DNA from: Phoronis australis
Taxonomy: Eukaryota; Animalia; Phoronida
Reading direction: 5' to 3'
DNA length: 64,000 nucleotides
Assembly: GCA_002633005.1 (NCBI GenBank)
Contig: NMRA01000168.1
Span: 251,129-315,128 of the forward strand
Shown here: positions 50,017 to 64,000 of the stretch, piece by piece
How the letters are laid out: each line of letters opens with the position of its first letter
Position numbering within the stretch: the first letter of the stretch is position 1
Notes under the pieces: model-generated
The model's database searches: none
What the model was told of the DNA's origin: nothing
What the model saw: only the letters and a program-made list of their open reading frames with translations
Position numbers and translations under genes: made by a program

Positions 50017-50914
50017 GTACTAGAGTAAGTAACAGATCCTCTCAGTTGACTGGCGAGAGACTATAACACTTCTGTGTCTCTGTAACAATTTCATCCTCGT
50101 TTATTTTAAATGGATGCTAGTCCAAATACTTGCTCAACCTAAAATAGTAGGCAGGTAAAAGATGCCTTTAGCAATGTTCAGGCATGCTTAGCCTTGGCCC
50201 ATTGCACTGGTCATCTGATTATGACTCGTGGAACCATTTAGTATGAAGATCCTTGTAAGCAATTTCTCCCAATCTGCCTGTTTCTCAGTAACTTGGAGTT
50301 ATAAAGCAAAAAATCCATTGTGCTTTTGTGATTTCGTTACAAATCGCCAGTTCTCATAGTTTTTTGTCAGACATTTTCTGAAATTGAGGCTGGTGACAAC
50401 CAATTAAATATGCTTAAAATAGTCTGCCAGTTAACGATTTGGATTTATACATCCCCCAGGGACCACACCTCATCAGCAACTAATGTTTGGCAGGACTGCT
50501 TCCAACTTTGAGGGCATTTGTTTAATCATTGGATTGGGGTATTTGGGCTCTGGGATTTCGCATGATTTTTAAATATTCATAGGGGAATGGGGGCCAATAT
50601 TCAGCCTCAAAATCAAGGCATCGAGGGCCCTGATTGAAGTGTCATCCTCCTTGCTATGAAACTTGAGGCAGTTTGAGCATGCCATGTGACTTGGGATGCT
50701 GTAATGTCATTTTAAACTTGTGACTGGCGAGCTGCTTAAAATGTGAGATCGCCAATTTAAAGTCTAGATTGACAAATTTTTCAGCGCTATAGTCTTGGTT
50801 ATGATAAAACTCGACTTGTTTCAGGTTTTTGTTTGCTTTATGCTCGCGTGGCAGATTACTTTATGAGTACCCCTTATCTGCAGGTCCTATTGTCTGTGTG
50901 CTTAGCAACTTACA

Positions 50915-53900
50915 ATGACGTCGCTGTTGCCAAGGGCAGATTTGAACAAAGTTCAAGAAATACTTGGTTTGATGCAGAAAAACCTGGAATGCTCGATATG
51001 GTAATAATTCTTATCTGCTGAATCTTTGTATGTTCATATATATGATAGATTATGCCTCTTTATTCACACAATATAAATGTTCATGAAAGTTTACTTAAAC
51101 TACACCAGTTTTCTGATTAAAGCCGTGTAGCCTTTCCAGTTGGAAAACAATAATCTATAAAAAACGGTGTTTCATTGTGGCTTGAATTTTTTAATTTTTG
51201 TTTCAGTGCTCATTATTACACTGATCTATTTCTGATTGTGTTCGTTCATTACCATGTTGTGATTAACTAATTATAGTACTGAAATTATTTTCACTGGCTT
51301 AATGCAAGCCGAATCTCAATCATGTGCATCTTTGTATGTTATTTCTGTAGCCTGGAGTTGATGCTTAACCCTGTGGCCACCAGCTGTCGCCACCAGTTCT
51401 GTCGACACTGCATCACTGAGTATCTGCAACACAAACCTACTGCACCTTGCCCACTATGCAAGAAGGATGTCACAAAGAGGTACTCCTATTTAAATGCACA
51501 TTTTGTAGCCACACTTAGACCTGTGTACTACAGGCAAAAACTGCGTATTCTGTGGAAATTCGTTAAAACAACAAAGGTGACCTGTTTGCTAGTTACCAAT
51601 ATGTAATTGAAGTGTTCATGAGTGTATTGTTGAAATGGAAGAACACAGGGTTTATTTAACTTTGAAGTTTTAAAACTTCATTTTGATTTAATTGGCAATC
51701 CATGTGACTTCAATTGTTCATTCATCAGTTAATATTTTTGCAGTCTTGGAGCATTAGAAATATTGAAGTCAGAAGATACACGCTTGCTGAATTTTGTCGT
51801 GATCTTTATAACTGTTACATTGCAAGTAGAGTGTGGTTCTCATTGACTTTGTTTCTTTCAGGACTCTAGTTACAGAGGAGAACCTCACAAAAATGGTGAA
51901 CAGTGTGCGTAACATTATAGCAGCGTTTCAACAAGACTCGGGCTTCTCCTGTACGTATACATAAATTACAATATCATGCTCAGATGTGGTTTGATGTTTT
52001 GATTTTATTCGCTTGCCATTGTCCTTAGCTTTTTTACTCCTTGTGTCTTTCTATGTTATTTAGTGACATATTATGTAGAAACAAATATTCTGCATTTTAC
52101 GTCCTTTGCTTCAGCTGGAAAAGTTTGCGTGAAGCATGTGCTTGTGTTAGGAAAGCTAGAAAGATTTAAATTTCCATTTTGGTTCATTTTCCAGCAAATG
52201 AAAGAAATGTACATGTACTTTAAATATGAATAACTTCATGGTGATTATACTTGGAAGGATTTATACTATCTAAAACTTAACTTCTCGGCGGCCATTGATT
52301 TAAATAAAAGATTGCTGACAATCATACTTGTCGCTTGGTTACAGCCCTGTTACTCTATCTGTTTGTTTGTCGTTGTACATGGCCTGTTTTTCAGACTCGC
52401 CCCCTAGAAAGTTCTCGGTCAGTGTGGTCAACTGCACACCAGGCTCACAGCGCAAGAGACGTTCTCTCGAGCCGCAAGTTAGTAACATTTTAGTTTTCAT
52501 ATTGAATGTGGCTGTCTGACCTTACTCATTCTGTTGTTTGAGCATTGCAAGCATAACAAGACTGTGTTGTATGTCAATGGTGTTAAGATGCATCATATGG
52601 TGTCCAGATGATCCCGTGACATTTATGTCTTCTTTATAGATTCGCAGACCTCATTTGCCTCGCTTCTGTTTGTAGTTTACTTTTAAAACGCTCCAAATTA
52701 TATTAGAATGATCACAAAGTCGACAGATAAAATGTATGTTATGGAATATTGCATACTTTCTTATTGCAAAAATTCGAAGGTCAGTGTTAGTAGTTATTAA
52801 ATGGTTTAAGCTTCGGGGATTGTATGTAGCATTTTGTCCTTTCATAGGTCTATTAAGTTTATATTATGTCACATAACCTAACAGATGCTTTGATGTATAA
52901 TTGGTCCAGATGCCTACAGATATATAAATAAACTTTTGTGACTGCTTACATGAATGGAAAGGACTGCTATTACAAAAATGGTGTCCGAGGTAATTAGCTT
53001 ATGTTCGCTTTCATCAATTATGACCAGGGCCCATTTCCCTTGCTTTTAGATAGAAGATATCAAGAAGAGAGAAGAATTAAAAAACAAGCTGAATTCTGCA
53101 AAGCGACGCAAAGTTGAAACCCCAGTTTACATCGAGGATGAAAATGTTGTGGAAACAGCAGTTAAAGTGGTCGGCAACACCAACTCAATGTGAGTTGGTT
53201 GTGCTATGTGTTAAAGAGACACTTTCCGCTTGAGCGTTAAAGGGACATTCCCTTTCTGGGCGTTAATAGGAATTTTTCTTGCGGCTCACTGCAAATCATT
53301 GAGCCACATGAAATATGTCTCATTAGCTATTCGGATGTTTCTATTGCCTCCAGTTCATTTATCAGATAACCCTGTTGTTCATTGGTGTTTGCTAAGAAAT
53401 TCACTAGGCAGTGAAGTGATGGCTACAGTTTCGTGAATCACAGAACTCAGTATTACCCCCAAATGAGGTTTTGTCAGAAGTTGTCCTGACCTGAGGTTCA
53501 TGTATTATTTCTCTTCATTAAAAGTTGAATATTCCATTTTATTTCAGTTCTTTCCCTGGAGTATCATCAAGGACTCGCAAGGGAGGAAATCAAAAACGAG
53601 ATAACGATTTAAATAAGCGCAATACACGTCACTCGTCAGCTAATAGAAGTGAAAAAGCAAATTCAAGGAAACCAAGTGAAAATGAAATCACAAAAAATAA
53701 CGAGTTGGCTGCATTTTTGCTAAATGCCTCAGAAAGCGGCCTTGGTTGTCAACAGTTGGATGCCAGCTCCGAAGTTGACCAACGACCAAACCTTCAACCT
53801 CAAGTTCATCTCGAGATACCTCAGAACAAAACACTGAAAGAAAATGACATCAACTTAGTCTTCGAACCGTTGACTAAAGGAGATACCAAACGGGTACGGT

Positions 53901-56900
53901 CGTCAGTTGATCGTGTGGCTTCGTGGTTAGACAGCTGCGTTGATGATGTCACTGATCCCAGTAGCGTCGATGATATCACTAATCCATGTGAAAATGAAAC
54001 AGAACCAACTGAGAACGTCGCTGAAGTTGACCCTGATGATGTCATAGAAGCAGAGTTGATATCAATCAGTCAGGTGATGCCAGTTGAGGATGGAGATGGG
54101 CAAACATTAAGAAATCTTCCTGAGACCACAACTGTAGGTGGGGTATTAGGAATGGTGGAGAAAGTGGAAAACCAACAAGAGAATACTGTCCAACCTATTG
54201 AGAGAAAGAGGATCTTCAAAAGCCGAAGCTATCTTAAGGCTGCGGATGTAAACACAGTTGCTGCTGTAGAAAAATCGACGGATAAAGATCCCTATGAGTT
54301 CCAGATGAGTCAAAGAACACCTACTAAGCCTAAGGGCAAAGGTCAGTCTAAGGGCAAAGGTCAGTCTAAGGGCAAAGGAAAAGGAGGAAAGGGTGGTGGA
54401 AAAAGACAGCAGACCAAAGGGAAAGCCAATAAGAAAGCATTGCAGATTGTAGGCATGGCCCCCACGAAAGAGATAAAGGGTGTGTTGAAAGAGCAGGACA
54501 AACAAAAGGGTGTGGATAAAGATTTGGCTGAAAGTGCGCCACGCAAGTCTGTTCAGTTTGCTGTTGACAAGGGGACAGCATTATTTGGGAAAACATATGG
54601 GGGCGATAAAGCTAAACACGCTCTCAGATCACATTTGGCTTTGGTTGATGCAAAAGATGATGCTGAAATAGAATCTTGCGAGTCGCCGATTGTGGACAGT
54701 GCGCATGATAAGTCAGCCAATGATTTTATCATTCCTGACGTCAACAAAGATTTTGCCGTCCGAGACATGACCAAAACACGTGCAAAAAGCTTGCGTAGAA
54801 AAAACAAAGGAACCAAGGATATTTCTCCGTTGAATGATGTTGAGCAAAGTAAGTTATTAGCTAAGATAACAGATGCCGAGTCATTTGACCTGATAGTGGG
54901 CAGCCAACAGGCGAGAGACGTGATGGATCACTCGTTGAAGGTGAATGGCACAAGCTGCACTCATACACGAGATGTTAAAGGTGAGTAAAGTAATTTAGCT
55001 GGTCAACAAATGTGTTCATATTGGTCAATTCTTGAAATTTCACTTATGTGCTAAATTTTCAATGCCACCTTTATTCCCTGAGGTGTTTTAGTCTATCATT
55101 TCATTTTGCTTAGTTTTCTCTCCTTAGATCCTCTGTTCAAAACATTTGCCTCATATTTCTTAAGTTTACTCTTGAATGATATTAGTCTAAGGGATGATTG
55201 ATATGTGGATTTTAATACCTTGTCATTTTGTCATGTTTTTATCTTTCATAGAACTAAAGTGTTCCATTGCTGATAAATATGTCTAACTACCTTGTCCTTC
55301 AGAGTCGACCATTTTGCATCACACGGAGTCGGATAGTGACGATACCGCGTCTGTTGACCTCGCCTTAAGTCAAGAAGAAGTACAACACAACGTCTCTCCA
55401 CATCCTTACGATGACGTAGAACCTGTTGAGACGGTGCCTGTGCGAACTTCAACGAACTCCGTCGGTGACAGGTCTGATGGCAAGATGGGAGAAGTAGGTG
55501 ATAGTAATGATGGTGAGGTGGTGGTGAATGACACGGCGCATAATGAACCCAGCATGGTACAGAGCAGCAAACAGTGTGAACGAGATGATGAGGTGGTAGG
55601 AGTGGTGGGCGTGGCGCACGAGACGGCTGGCGGAGATGTTTGTATGGCGGTGGATAACGGTAGTGAATCGACATGTGTACCCAGTGTCATACCAGACACT
55701 GACAGAGGTAGGTTTTCTAAGTAGGAGTTTCTGAAGGATGTCCTTCAGTTTTGAAGTCCTCGGTTTATCAATAGCTGCCTGCATTAAAGCTTGCGTTGGC
55801 TTATTTGTCGTGTATTGCGTCTGATAATATGAATTCTATTTTGTCATTACACTTCCGAAACCAGATGAGATGTACATTGGGCTTGCCAAGTTTCTGTCAG
55901 ATTTTATTTGAAAAATTTGCCCCACATTTGTGCTAGTATCACTATTGTGAGTTTTTGTTGCCTCTGTGGGACATATACAGACTAGTAAGGATGCTGGTAT
56001 CAGCTCTGGACTATGACGCCGTGTATGTGTTTATCATAAAGTTTTACTTTAATAATTGGTTCTTGCACCAGAGCACACACGGTCAAGAAATCTGCATTTC
56101 AAGATTTGTTATTAAATGTTTGTTAGATCTCATCCATTGTTACTCTGTTCAGATGACAAAAGCTCAACAGCAAGAGGACTTTTCGCTGTGCCTGTCAAAA
56201 AGTCTCCTGTGGCTGAAAGCGTGTCGACTGAGGTCACTGAATTGAGCTCATCTCTCCTGAAGGACACGCCCCATGTATTGCCAGTTGTGTGCAAATTCAT
56301 CATCGGTTGCAGGCTTCAACGTCAGCAGGAAGACAACAGAGAGCAATGTGCCACAAACCCTGGTAAGCATTAAAAAATGCTAGTCTGTCCTTAATAATAT
56401 TCATTGTGAATATCTTTTGAATATCCATTTACAATATACCAGCGAGATAATGAAATACGACTACATTCTGCGTTTTTTGGTTTTAATTTAGTGGGATATT
56501 TCCAGCAGTTTTATAAATTCTTTTCTGTTCTCGTGCGGTCAAATTACCTTTGTTGTGCGGTGGGATATTCCATCAAATCGGACAAAATTGAGCATTGTCT
56601 CAAAATGTTTATTTTGTAAAATTGATCTTAGATAAGCTCACATTATATGTTCTCTATATAAATGTTAAGGGAAAGTGAATAAGAAATGGTTGGAGCAACA
56701 CGAACAACTATTCTTATTTTCTGTGTAGTTGTTAGTCGCTATATTCGGTATTCAGTACTTTGTGTCAAAATTGAAGAATGTTGCTTTTGCATGTCATGCT
56801 ACACTAGACTGTGCTGTGGCCATGTTAAAGATTCAGTATATTAAGCTAGGAGTATGTTTCTGCTCTTCAGGTGTCCGTGGCCATAGTCCCACGTTTGGGA

Positions 56901-59900
56901 GTCCTGTGCAGAATTTGTCGGGAAATTCCAACCAGACTCGACCAAGTGGAGACAACTCCTTGAAGATGCCTGATGTTGGAAACACACCCACCGTTAACTC
57001 TCAAGCAAGGGTTACTTCACAGAGACTAGCGGTATGTTGTGCATTACGATACAAGTGATGGGGAATGAGTTGGGCAAAGACTCAAAAAGGACAGACGTTT
57101 GCAGCAAGTTTTAACGAAAAAGGAACAAAATGTGATGGGTTAACAGCATTTAACTCCAGAATGTTCATTAATAGGACTTTTGGCTGATTTTATTTTCGTG
57201 CGAGAGGACCAATTGTTGTTTCTTTTGATTGCTTTGTTTGTCACCAGTTGATATTATCACTAAACTTCATCTCATTTCCTGGATTTATTTTTGTGCATTT
57301 TTATCGTATTTCAGTCTTCATGTGGTGATTATGTTCCACCTAGTTATGCGACAACTGTAGAAGGGTCTCCGATCATCAAAATTGCAAGCATGGTAAGAGC
57401 AGAGAAGTCTCCTTTAGAACCGTTGACCAAGCGCCAGATGACAGATGCTGCTGTGCAAACATTAGATGGGTCCATAGAGGGCACTGCTGGTCTGCACATC
57501 TGCTCCTGCAATGTTCATAAGCCAACATTGAAGGAAGAAACTGAGGCCAAACAAATAGATGGCTTTGTGCGCTCTCGTGAGAACAGAGAGACGGACAGTG
57601 TCGATCAAGAGAAGCATGCACAAAGGAATGAGAAATCTAGTGTTATAAATAAAAGAACCACTCGATCGTCTAGTGACAACCATCAGTCATTATTGATGTC
57701 AGAAAATCCATCAGATGATTGTGCAGCTAACAAAGATGAGGTGTCACAACCAGACCGAACCACCAAAGGTAAAGAAAAAGCGAGGAAGACTAAAGGTAAA
57801 GATGCCAAAAATCTGTCTTTGACCGAAAGAGAAGAGAATTGTGTTGCCTACTCAGGAACATTCGAGACAAAGCAATATGGAGCAAGCGAGCGAGACATTT
57901 TTGATGAGAGCAGTGGTAAAACGCAAGACGTTGATCAGCTTGTTTCCTGCGATAGTGCTGAGATAAAGCGGAAGGCTCTATCAGGGACTCGTAAATCTCC
58001 GAGACAGGGTGACCACATCTCTGTGTTTCAATCTAGTCACATGGTTAATCGTGCCAAAGCTGCCTGCAGTTCTCGTGATGATGGCGATGACGAAAGTGAG
58101 TTGGACTCGGACAGTGACGTTGTACTATCTAGAAAAATGAAGAAAAAATCCTACCGCATAAACTCCTCTGGTGAGAGCAACAATCAAGAAGAAGATAAGC
58201 CTAAGTTAAAATATGCAGAAGAGGCTGTGAAGGACACTGCAACACCAGTCACTACCAGTATGGAGAAGACCATACGGGACAGAAGCTCCAGTGGTAAAGC
58301 AGTTCGTGGACTATCGAAATTGATGAAGTTTGCTGGTTCAAGTACCTCTTCCAAGCTGAAAAGGAAACTTGACACAGACAGCGACACAGACAGTCTGCCT
58401 GATATATTAGGAAAGACAGAGAGTAGCAATGACGGGTGTGAGAAGATGTCATCGCATAAACTCTCTCGACGTGCCTCTGAAGAACTGTTTGGTAGTGACC
58501 ACGAAGCTGAAACAGACCTCATCCCACCGACACCTTCAGAAGTTCACCCAGCAAATGCCACAATTCTGGTTGGGAGCACCCCATCTCAGTTCAGTCGCTG
58601 CAGACCTGGAGCTGAGTCAGAGTGTAGTGTCAAGGAAGACCTGGCGGAGATTGGGGTAAAGGGGGATGTGGGTCTTGAGGTGGCACGTGATCCTGATTCT
58701 GTGTTAGAAGCCGGTGATCCCGAGATGGGTGGAGGTACACACAAGAGCAGCTGTTCTGAAACGCCGGATATCTCACAAGAGATGATGAGAGTACTGGAGA
58801 ATGTCAGACAGGACCTGCAGTTTATTGAAGGTAGGTATGCTATAGTGGAGATGTATTGGAATGGAAAGTTTTCAGTGTAAGACCATGATTGTCCTTTGTC
58901 AAGTTTACAAGCTTTCTTATTTACAACCTGCTCCTTATTGTCCTCATGTATCCTGTAACCCTAAGTGCTCAGCCCTTATGTCATCCCTTATTTACATGAA
59001 GACACTGTGGTCAGCTCACAGTGTTATTAATCTATATACAGGTTGAAACTTGTTGATGATGATGTCAATTCCAAGAGTGTCTAACAACCCCTTTACAAAA
59101 CTAAACTTACTCAGGCTCTTAATCCCAACACTTATACAATGACATAAACAAATTACGAAGTTATTAAAAAAACATTCAAGGTAACAATAGCCTTGTGTTT
59201 TCATTGTCTTTTGTGTTTCCCAAGCACTGAGTTTTTTGCAAGTACACTTGAACTGAAGCTATGTTTTACTTGCAGAATTAAAAAGGGCCCAAGTGAAAGC
59301 GGAACCCACTGAGATTGACAACAACATGAAAAAGCAAACCGTAAGTCCTGCATTAAAGCCTTGATCAGATGGAGAGGCTGTGTTAATATTTGGAGGATTT
59401 GAGATCTATGAAAATAGAGTTTCAGTCACTGAGTGAGAATGACGACTATATGTGTTTTAGCTGACAAAATGCCAGTTTATCCAAAATTTTGAATTAAATT
59501 CCATCATTAAACTTAAGGCTACGGTTTCAATGGTTTACCTTCCAGTATGAATAACATCATTCTCATTATGCACTGTGTTAAACTTGCTTCAGGTTGTCCT
59601 TTTTGCCAATGAGTGCTAGTATTCAAAATACCATTTACAGTGTAGGTCAGTCTCATCGTTTTTGTATGGGCTGAATAACAATCATAATAAACAATTTTAA
59701 TGTTATTGCTATGTTTTCTTTACAGGTTTCAGATAAGGTGTCCAGTGCTGCCACTGAAGCCATGGACACTGAAGGTAGAACTTTAATAAGACTGCTTATT
59801 TTTCTTTAACCTTATAGGAAAACATTGGTTGATGACGAAAATGGTCAGGCTCCGCCAAACCATCAAACTTGAGTTATATTTTACGCTTTATGATTGGTGT

Positions 59901-62900
59901 ATTTTCAAGTCACTTCTTGAGTAAAGTGTAGTGGCTGTGGGTCATGATCTCCTGTTGACCTTTGCTGTCACAGCTCCCTCAAACTTTTGACTTGGTCCAG
60001 AATATTGTTTTAATAGTGATGAAATCTAATGCATAAAACAAATTGAATAACTAAAGCACGTGCAGTGTGTTGCATCTGGGTAACCTTTTTTAGTCTAATT
60101 TCAAGGGACATAATATGTGCTGAAAGAAAAAGCACTTTTGGCTGCACAAGAGCTTCCTAAGCAATTGGTTTTTCAAGACTTTGGAAAATTACTCCTACAT
60201 AAGACCAGTTAGTGTTGTTGACTGATCGCCCAGTTATCTCGTAGCTTTGCTGAGGGGCTCTAAGAAGAGGAATTGGTGTAAACTGTACCTTGCAGTTGCA
60301 TAACTTTATTTTCAGTTTGTAGCTAATCACATACCATGTAATTGTATACATGCATAGATTTTTATATCCCAAGTGGTTGCCGTGGTTACAGATACACTAG
60401 TCGTAACTTTTCAAATTTGTTTTAGCATGGAAGAAGTACTGTAATGACTAAATGTTACGTCTTCTGTCAACAGCTGATTGCACCCAGCTGAGTTCTGTGA
60501 CTACCGGAAGACTCCCCCTGTCTCTGTCAAGTGTCTATTCCTCTCAGCAGAGTGTCTACCTGACTACGCAGGTGAGAGTTCTGATGTGACAGGAGATTGT
60601 GCACCCTGGCTTGAGGGGCCAGCTTCCTCTTGTCACAGTGCAGTGTTAACTGCTTACAGTAAGAGTGTCGTGTGGAGCTTACAGGTATCTGGGGTGTGGC
60701 TTATCTCTGTGTGTGTCCCCTGTCTACTCTTGACAGCAGGCTGTCCATTTGAGCTCGCTGAATACTGGAGTATGTAAACTAATTTAACATTTTAAAAGCT
60801 CTTTGTTTACGAAAATAGTATATTCAAGATAAAAAATAGGGGCGTCCATTCTACAGGAAACAAACTGGAATTGAGTGATGGGTTGTTATTTGATGCATGC
60901 TCTGCTCACATGATCTGTGGTTACAAAACTGGCTTTGAGTTGAATGGTTAAGTCTTACAATACGTTGCACAGCTATTCTACTGTTCTCATGTGTATTATT
61001 AACACTAGACCGCAGATTGGACATCTGATCAGTAGGTGGACCAGCTGCTGAAAACAAGCGTTCGCAAAGGCTTCCTGTATGCCGAGTTGACATTAACGCT
61101 AATATTCTGGCCATTTGTTTGTCAAAATCACAAGAGCTGAACCACATGTTGCGTTATTGGAATATAGCCGTCTCGTGGTGAGATGTCAGATTTGCCATCT
61201 AGTTTGAGATGGACAAAAAGAAGGCAGATCAGATGAGTGTGCAATTTTATTTTAGACAGCATAACAGGCATCCATATGGTCTGCCTTCAGATAACACAGC
61301 GTTTGAGTGTTGTACAAAACAACTTGTTTTCTGAATCTAATGTCTTCTATTTCCTTCAAATTTGCCTAGAGTTAGGCATTGACAGTAACAGTTGTGTTTT
61401 GTAGGCTTGTATTGGTCCAGTTTTGGTTTGCATTTACAACCTACAGTCACTGTGGTAATTGTACCTGCATTAAGCCAGATTTGCCCTATTTATAGCAACG
61501 GCAGGATGCAGAAAAGAAGTTAAAGGCTCTTGAAAGTCAGATGGCAGTATTACAGCAGCAACTGGATATGAGTGGGGATTTAGGAGACCTGACGGAAACT
61601 ATGAATGAACACGGTGAGTTGTGGAGAAGTGCTCGCCACTCAGATAAAAATGCCTACTTTAGTAAAACACCTTCATTAGTTTTATGAGACCTGTTTTGAT
61701 GATATATGCCCTGGGGCTTGTCATGTTCGCTCTTTTCTCTACAGTGTTTCGTCAACTTAAAGGTGTTTGTTTGCATGTAAGTTCATTTCTTTTAGTCATT
61801 CCCTGGCCAACTTTTAATAAGACTTTTAGCCTCCAGTTGGCATCAGAAGATCACAGTAGAATAAACACCCTTGGGGTGTTTCAAACAATAGTCCACCATT
61901 GCCATTCTATTACTAGAGAGTAGTCAGCCTGTAATCTTTATACAAAACAACAATTGAGTTTATCAACAAATCTCATTACACCTAAAGCAGCGCTGTTCCA
62001 CCAATGAAAAAAACTGGCCTCAACGTGCTCATTAGTGCAAAATTTCTTCAAATTGAGTCAAAAGCAATTGCTAACATTGCCATATTTCTATTTGTCTGGT
62101 GCTTTCCACATCCTTGTAAATGCTCAAAGTCTGAAAAAATAATGTTGTTGAGAAATTTGTGTGCCAAACTGAAGAATTTTCACCATAATCAGATGAAAAG
62201 TATTTTGTGGGCTTGTAAAAAAATGTTGTCATCGCTTGAGACCATGCTTTGTGAATAAAGTGAATTGCCGTGACAAGAAAGCTTGTTTAGCCAGTTTTTA
62301 TGCACTCATGAACTGTCTGTCGTGTACAAGAGAGAAATTTGAGTAAGGAACAAGTTCAATTTCCCAACTGCAAGTGGTCTATATCAAAAGTTGTTTCTTT
62401 GACGGAAGGCTGGGTTATACAGCCACTTTAATAAACAGGTTTGACACTGAACTTGTGAATCATATCACTCTACTGTCCAGGCTCCATGGTATACACGTCC
62501 ATGTAAACCATCAGTAAGAGAGTTTTACTGTCATTGACAGTGACAACTCTACCAGTAGGAGTTCTTGCAGCCTAATCTTGACGGTTGTTTTGTTTCAGAT
62601 GGAGATTTAATGGACACCAACAAACTGGACAACAGACAACATGCATCTGATGATGAGTCATTCGTCACGGCAACAGACGAACTGAGCGAATCGACGAGCC
62701 AGGACAACAAGGCAAAGAAACGGCGTGAGCAAAAGAGCTCTTCATCTAAGAAGTCTAACAATAATTATGAAGTAAAGCGTGATAGGTCACCAGGTTTGGC
62801 TATAGTTGATGAAGATGAGACCATGAAACCTGATATGGAAATTGACTTCATGGATGAAGAATTCCCTGTCTTACCATCGCAAGATGAAGTTCTTTTATTG

Positions 62901-63972
62901 ACACCAAGTAAACCCTCTGTCGCTAAAATGGACCAGTCTGGTGTTAACTTGTGCAATAAAAAAATGGATGTCGTCCCAGTGAGTGGCTTGGAAAGGGAGT
63001 CTGATTCATTGCTGTCACCTGGCCCCGCCTCTGCAAAGGTTGTTGACCAGTCAGCTGCATTGTTGACATCTGCTGGCGCTGTCATTTCTAAGATTCCTGA
63101 CCAATCAGCTCCTGGTGTGGCAGTGAGCTCTGGGAAAAGCAGAAAGCCAAAGAAGCTGCAGCTGGAAGAGTCCACTTTGGAGGTGACCCAGGATGTTGCA
63201 AGAATGCCTGACAGAGGAAAGATGAACATCATTGCCAGTGGTTTAAGCAAAGAACAACAGGTATTATTCCTGTGAACTAGTCCTGCTGAGGAGATTATTT
63301 TGACACATGTTAGTTGAAAACTATTCATTTCAAATCTTCAAGTAGGCAAATACTCTTTCACACTTCATGATTGTTTTACAGTGGTACTGTTTGAAATAAC
63401 GTGAACTAATCGCTGTAGTCATGAGCTTTTATTATTTATTAGTGACAAAAAAACTCATTCTCTTTTACACTACATTCATGCGGTGCTCTGTGAATTGATT
63501 TTTTGGGGGAAAATTGAGATCACATAATGTTTCCCACGATCACACTACTATCACTTGCAAGTGTCTTGCTTCTACACAACACAACTCTGTATCCTGCTTG
63601 TGGCACAGGCATCATTGGGTTATCTTCCATTTTTCATCCTTAGGGAAAATGATTTTTGCTCCAATGTGCAACTTTGATCACTAGGTTTATGGATCGCGAC
63701 GATGAATATACTTGTCAAAACATGGTGAATGGTTGTCATCGGCACTTTATAATATTCACGTACATAGTGGTGTGTTTGTCACTTTTCCAAAAAGAGAAAC
63801 TTCCCAAGTGTGTATGCAAACTTGAGGATTAGCAAATTTCATTGGAATATTTGCTGTTTGAGTCCTAATTGTGTTCTGCTACAGATCAACGTTCAGAAGG
63901 TGGCTGTTACCTATGGAGGAAGATTTTCACCCAAGTTCTCAACGACCACAACGCACGTTATTGTTAAACCAG
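50915..63972 (+). CDS. BRCA1: BRCA1 orthologue, 3'-partial (16 coding exons, about 1777 aa; continues past the window end inside BRCT1)
   Basis: Exons 50915-51000, 51351-51479, 51862-51950, 52395-52477, 53050-53189, 53548-54980, 55303-55707, 56153-56362, 56871-57031, 57315-58830, 59276-59340, 59726-59774, 60474-60571, 61496-61613, 62599-63260 and 63885-63972, all phase-consistent. The N-terminus KVQEILGLMQKNLECSICLELMLNPVATSCRHQFCRHCI...PCPLCKKDVTKR...IIAAFQQDSG is a BRCA1-type C3HC4 RING with flanking BARD1-binding helices. LTTQQRQDAEKKLKALESQMAVL is the coiled coil. MNIIASGLSKEQQ...TTHVIVK is the start of BRCT1. Confidence 0.95.
54330..54378 (+). repeat. Coding 18-bp tandem repeat (KGKGQS)n in BRCA1
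   Basis: ctaagggcaaaggtcagt about 2.7 times, within a K/G-rich basic stretch. Confidence 0.85.
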
Positions 63973-64000
63973 GTACACCTATACACTTATCCTATCTGTA

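Overview
Eukaryotic (metazoan, probably marine invertebrate) genomic DNA, AT-rich with GT-AG introns; the species cannot be determined from the sequence alone. Three spliced genes were reconstructed by hand with consistent intron phases. (1) The 3' part of TMEM98 (+, 8920-12029; the first coding exon was not found in the window). (2) A complete GON4L/YARP orthologue (-, 45747-16909, 27 coding exons, about 2160 aa) whose C-terminal SANT/Myb module is tandemly duplicated. (3) Most of BRCA1 (+, 50915 to beyond 63972: RING, PALB2-type coiled coil, start of BRCT1). GON4L and BRCA1 are head-to-head, with a candidate shared E2F/YY1 promoter near 48950-49250. Non-coding DNA holds a TIR element carrying a decayed HIRAN-like domain, an L1/Tx1 remnant, a 2-kb hAT-type element with an 8-bp TSD, several MITEs and minisatellites, an array of constant repeats with variable hairpin spacers, and a 1.7-kb composite repeat with 11 co-oriented CTCF-like motifs. 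A second copy of that composite repeat appears as a probable polymorphic insertion at an assembly gap. No prokaryotic systems, CRISPR arrays, tRNA or rRNA were supported. Homology calls rest on recalled protein sequences, not on database searches.
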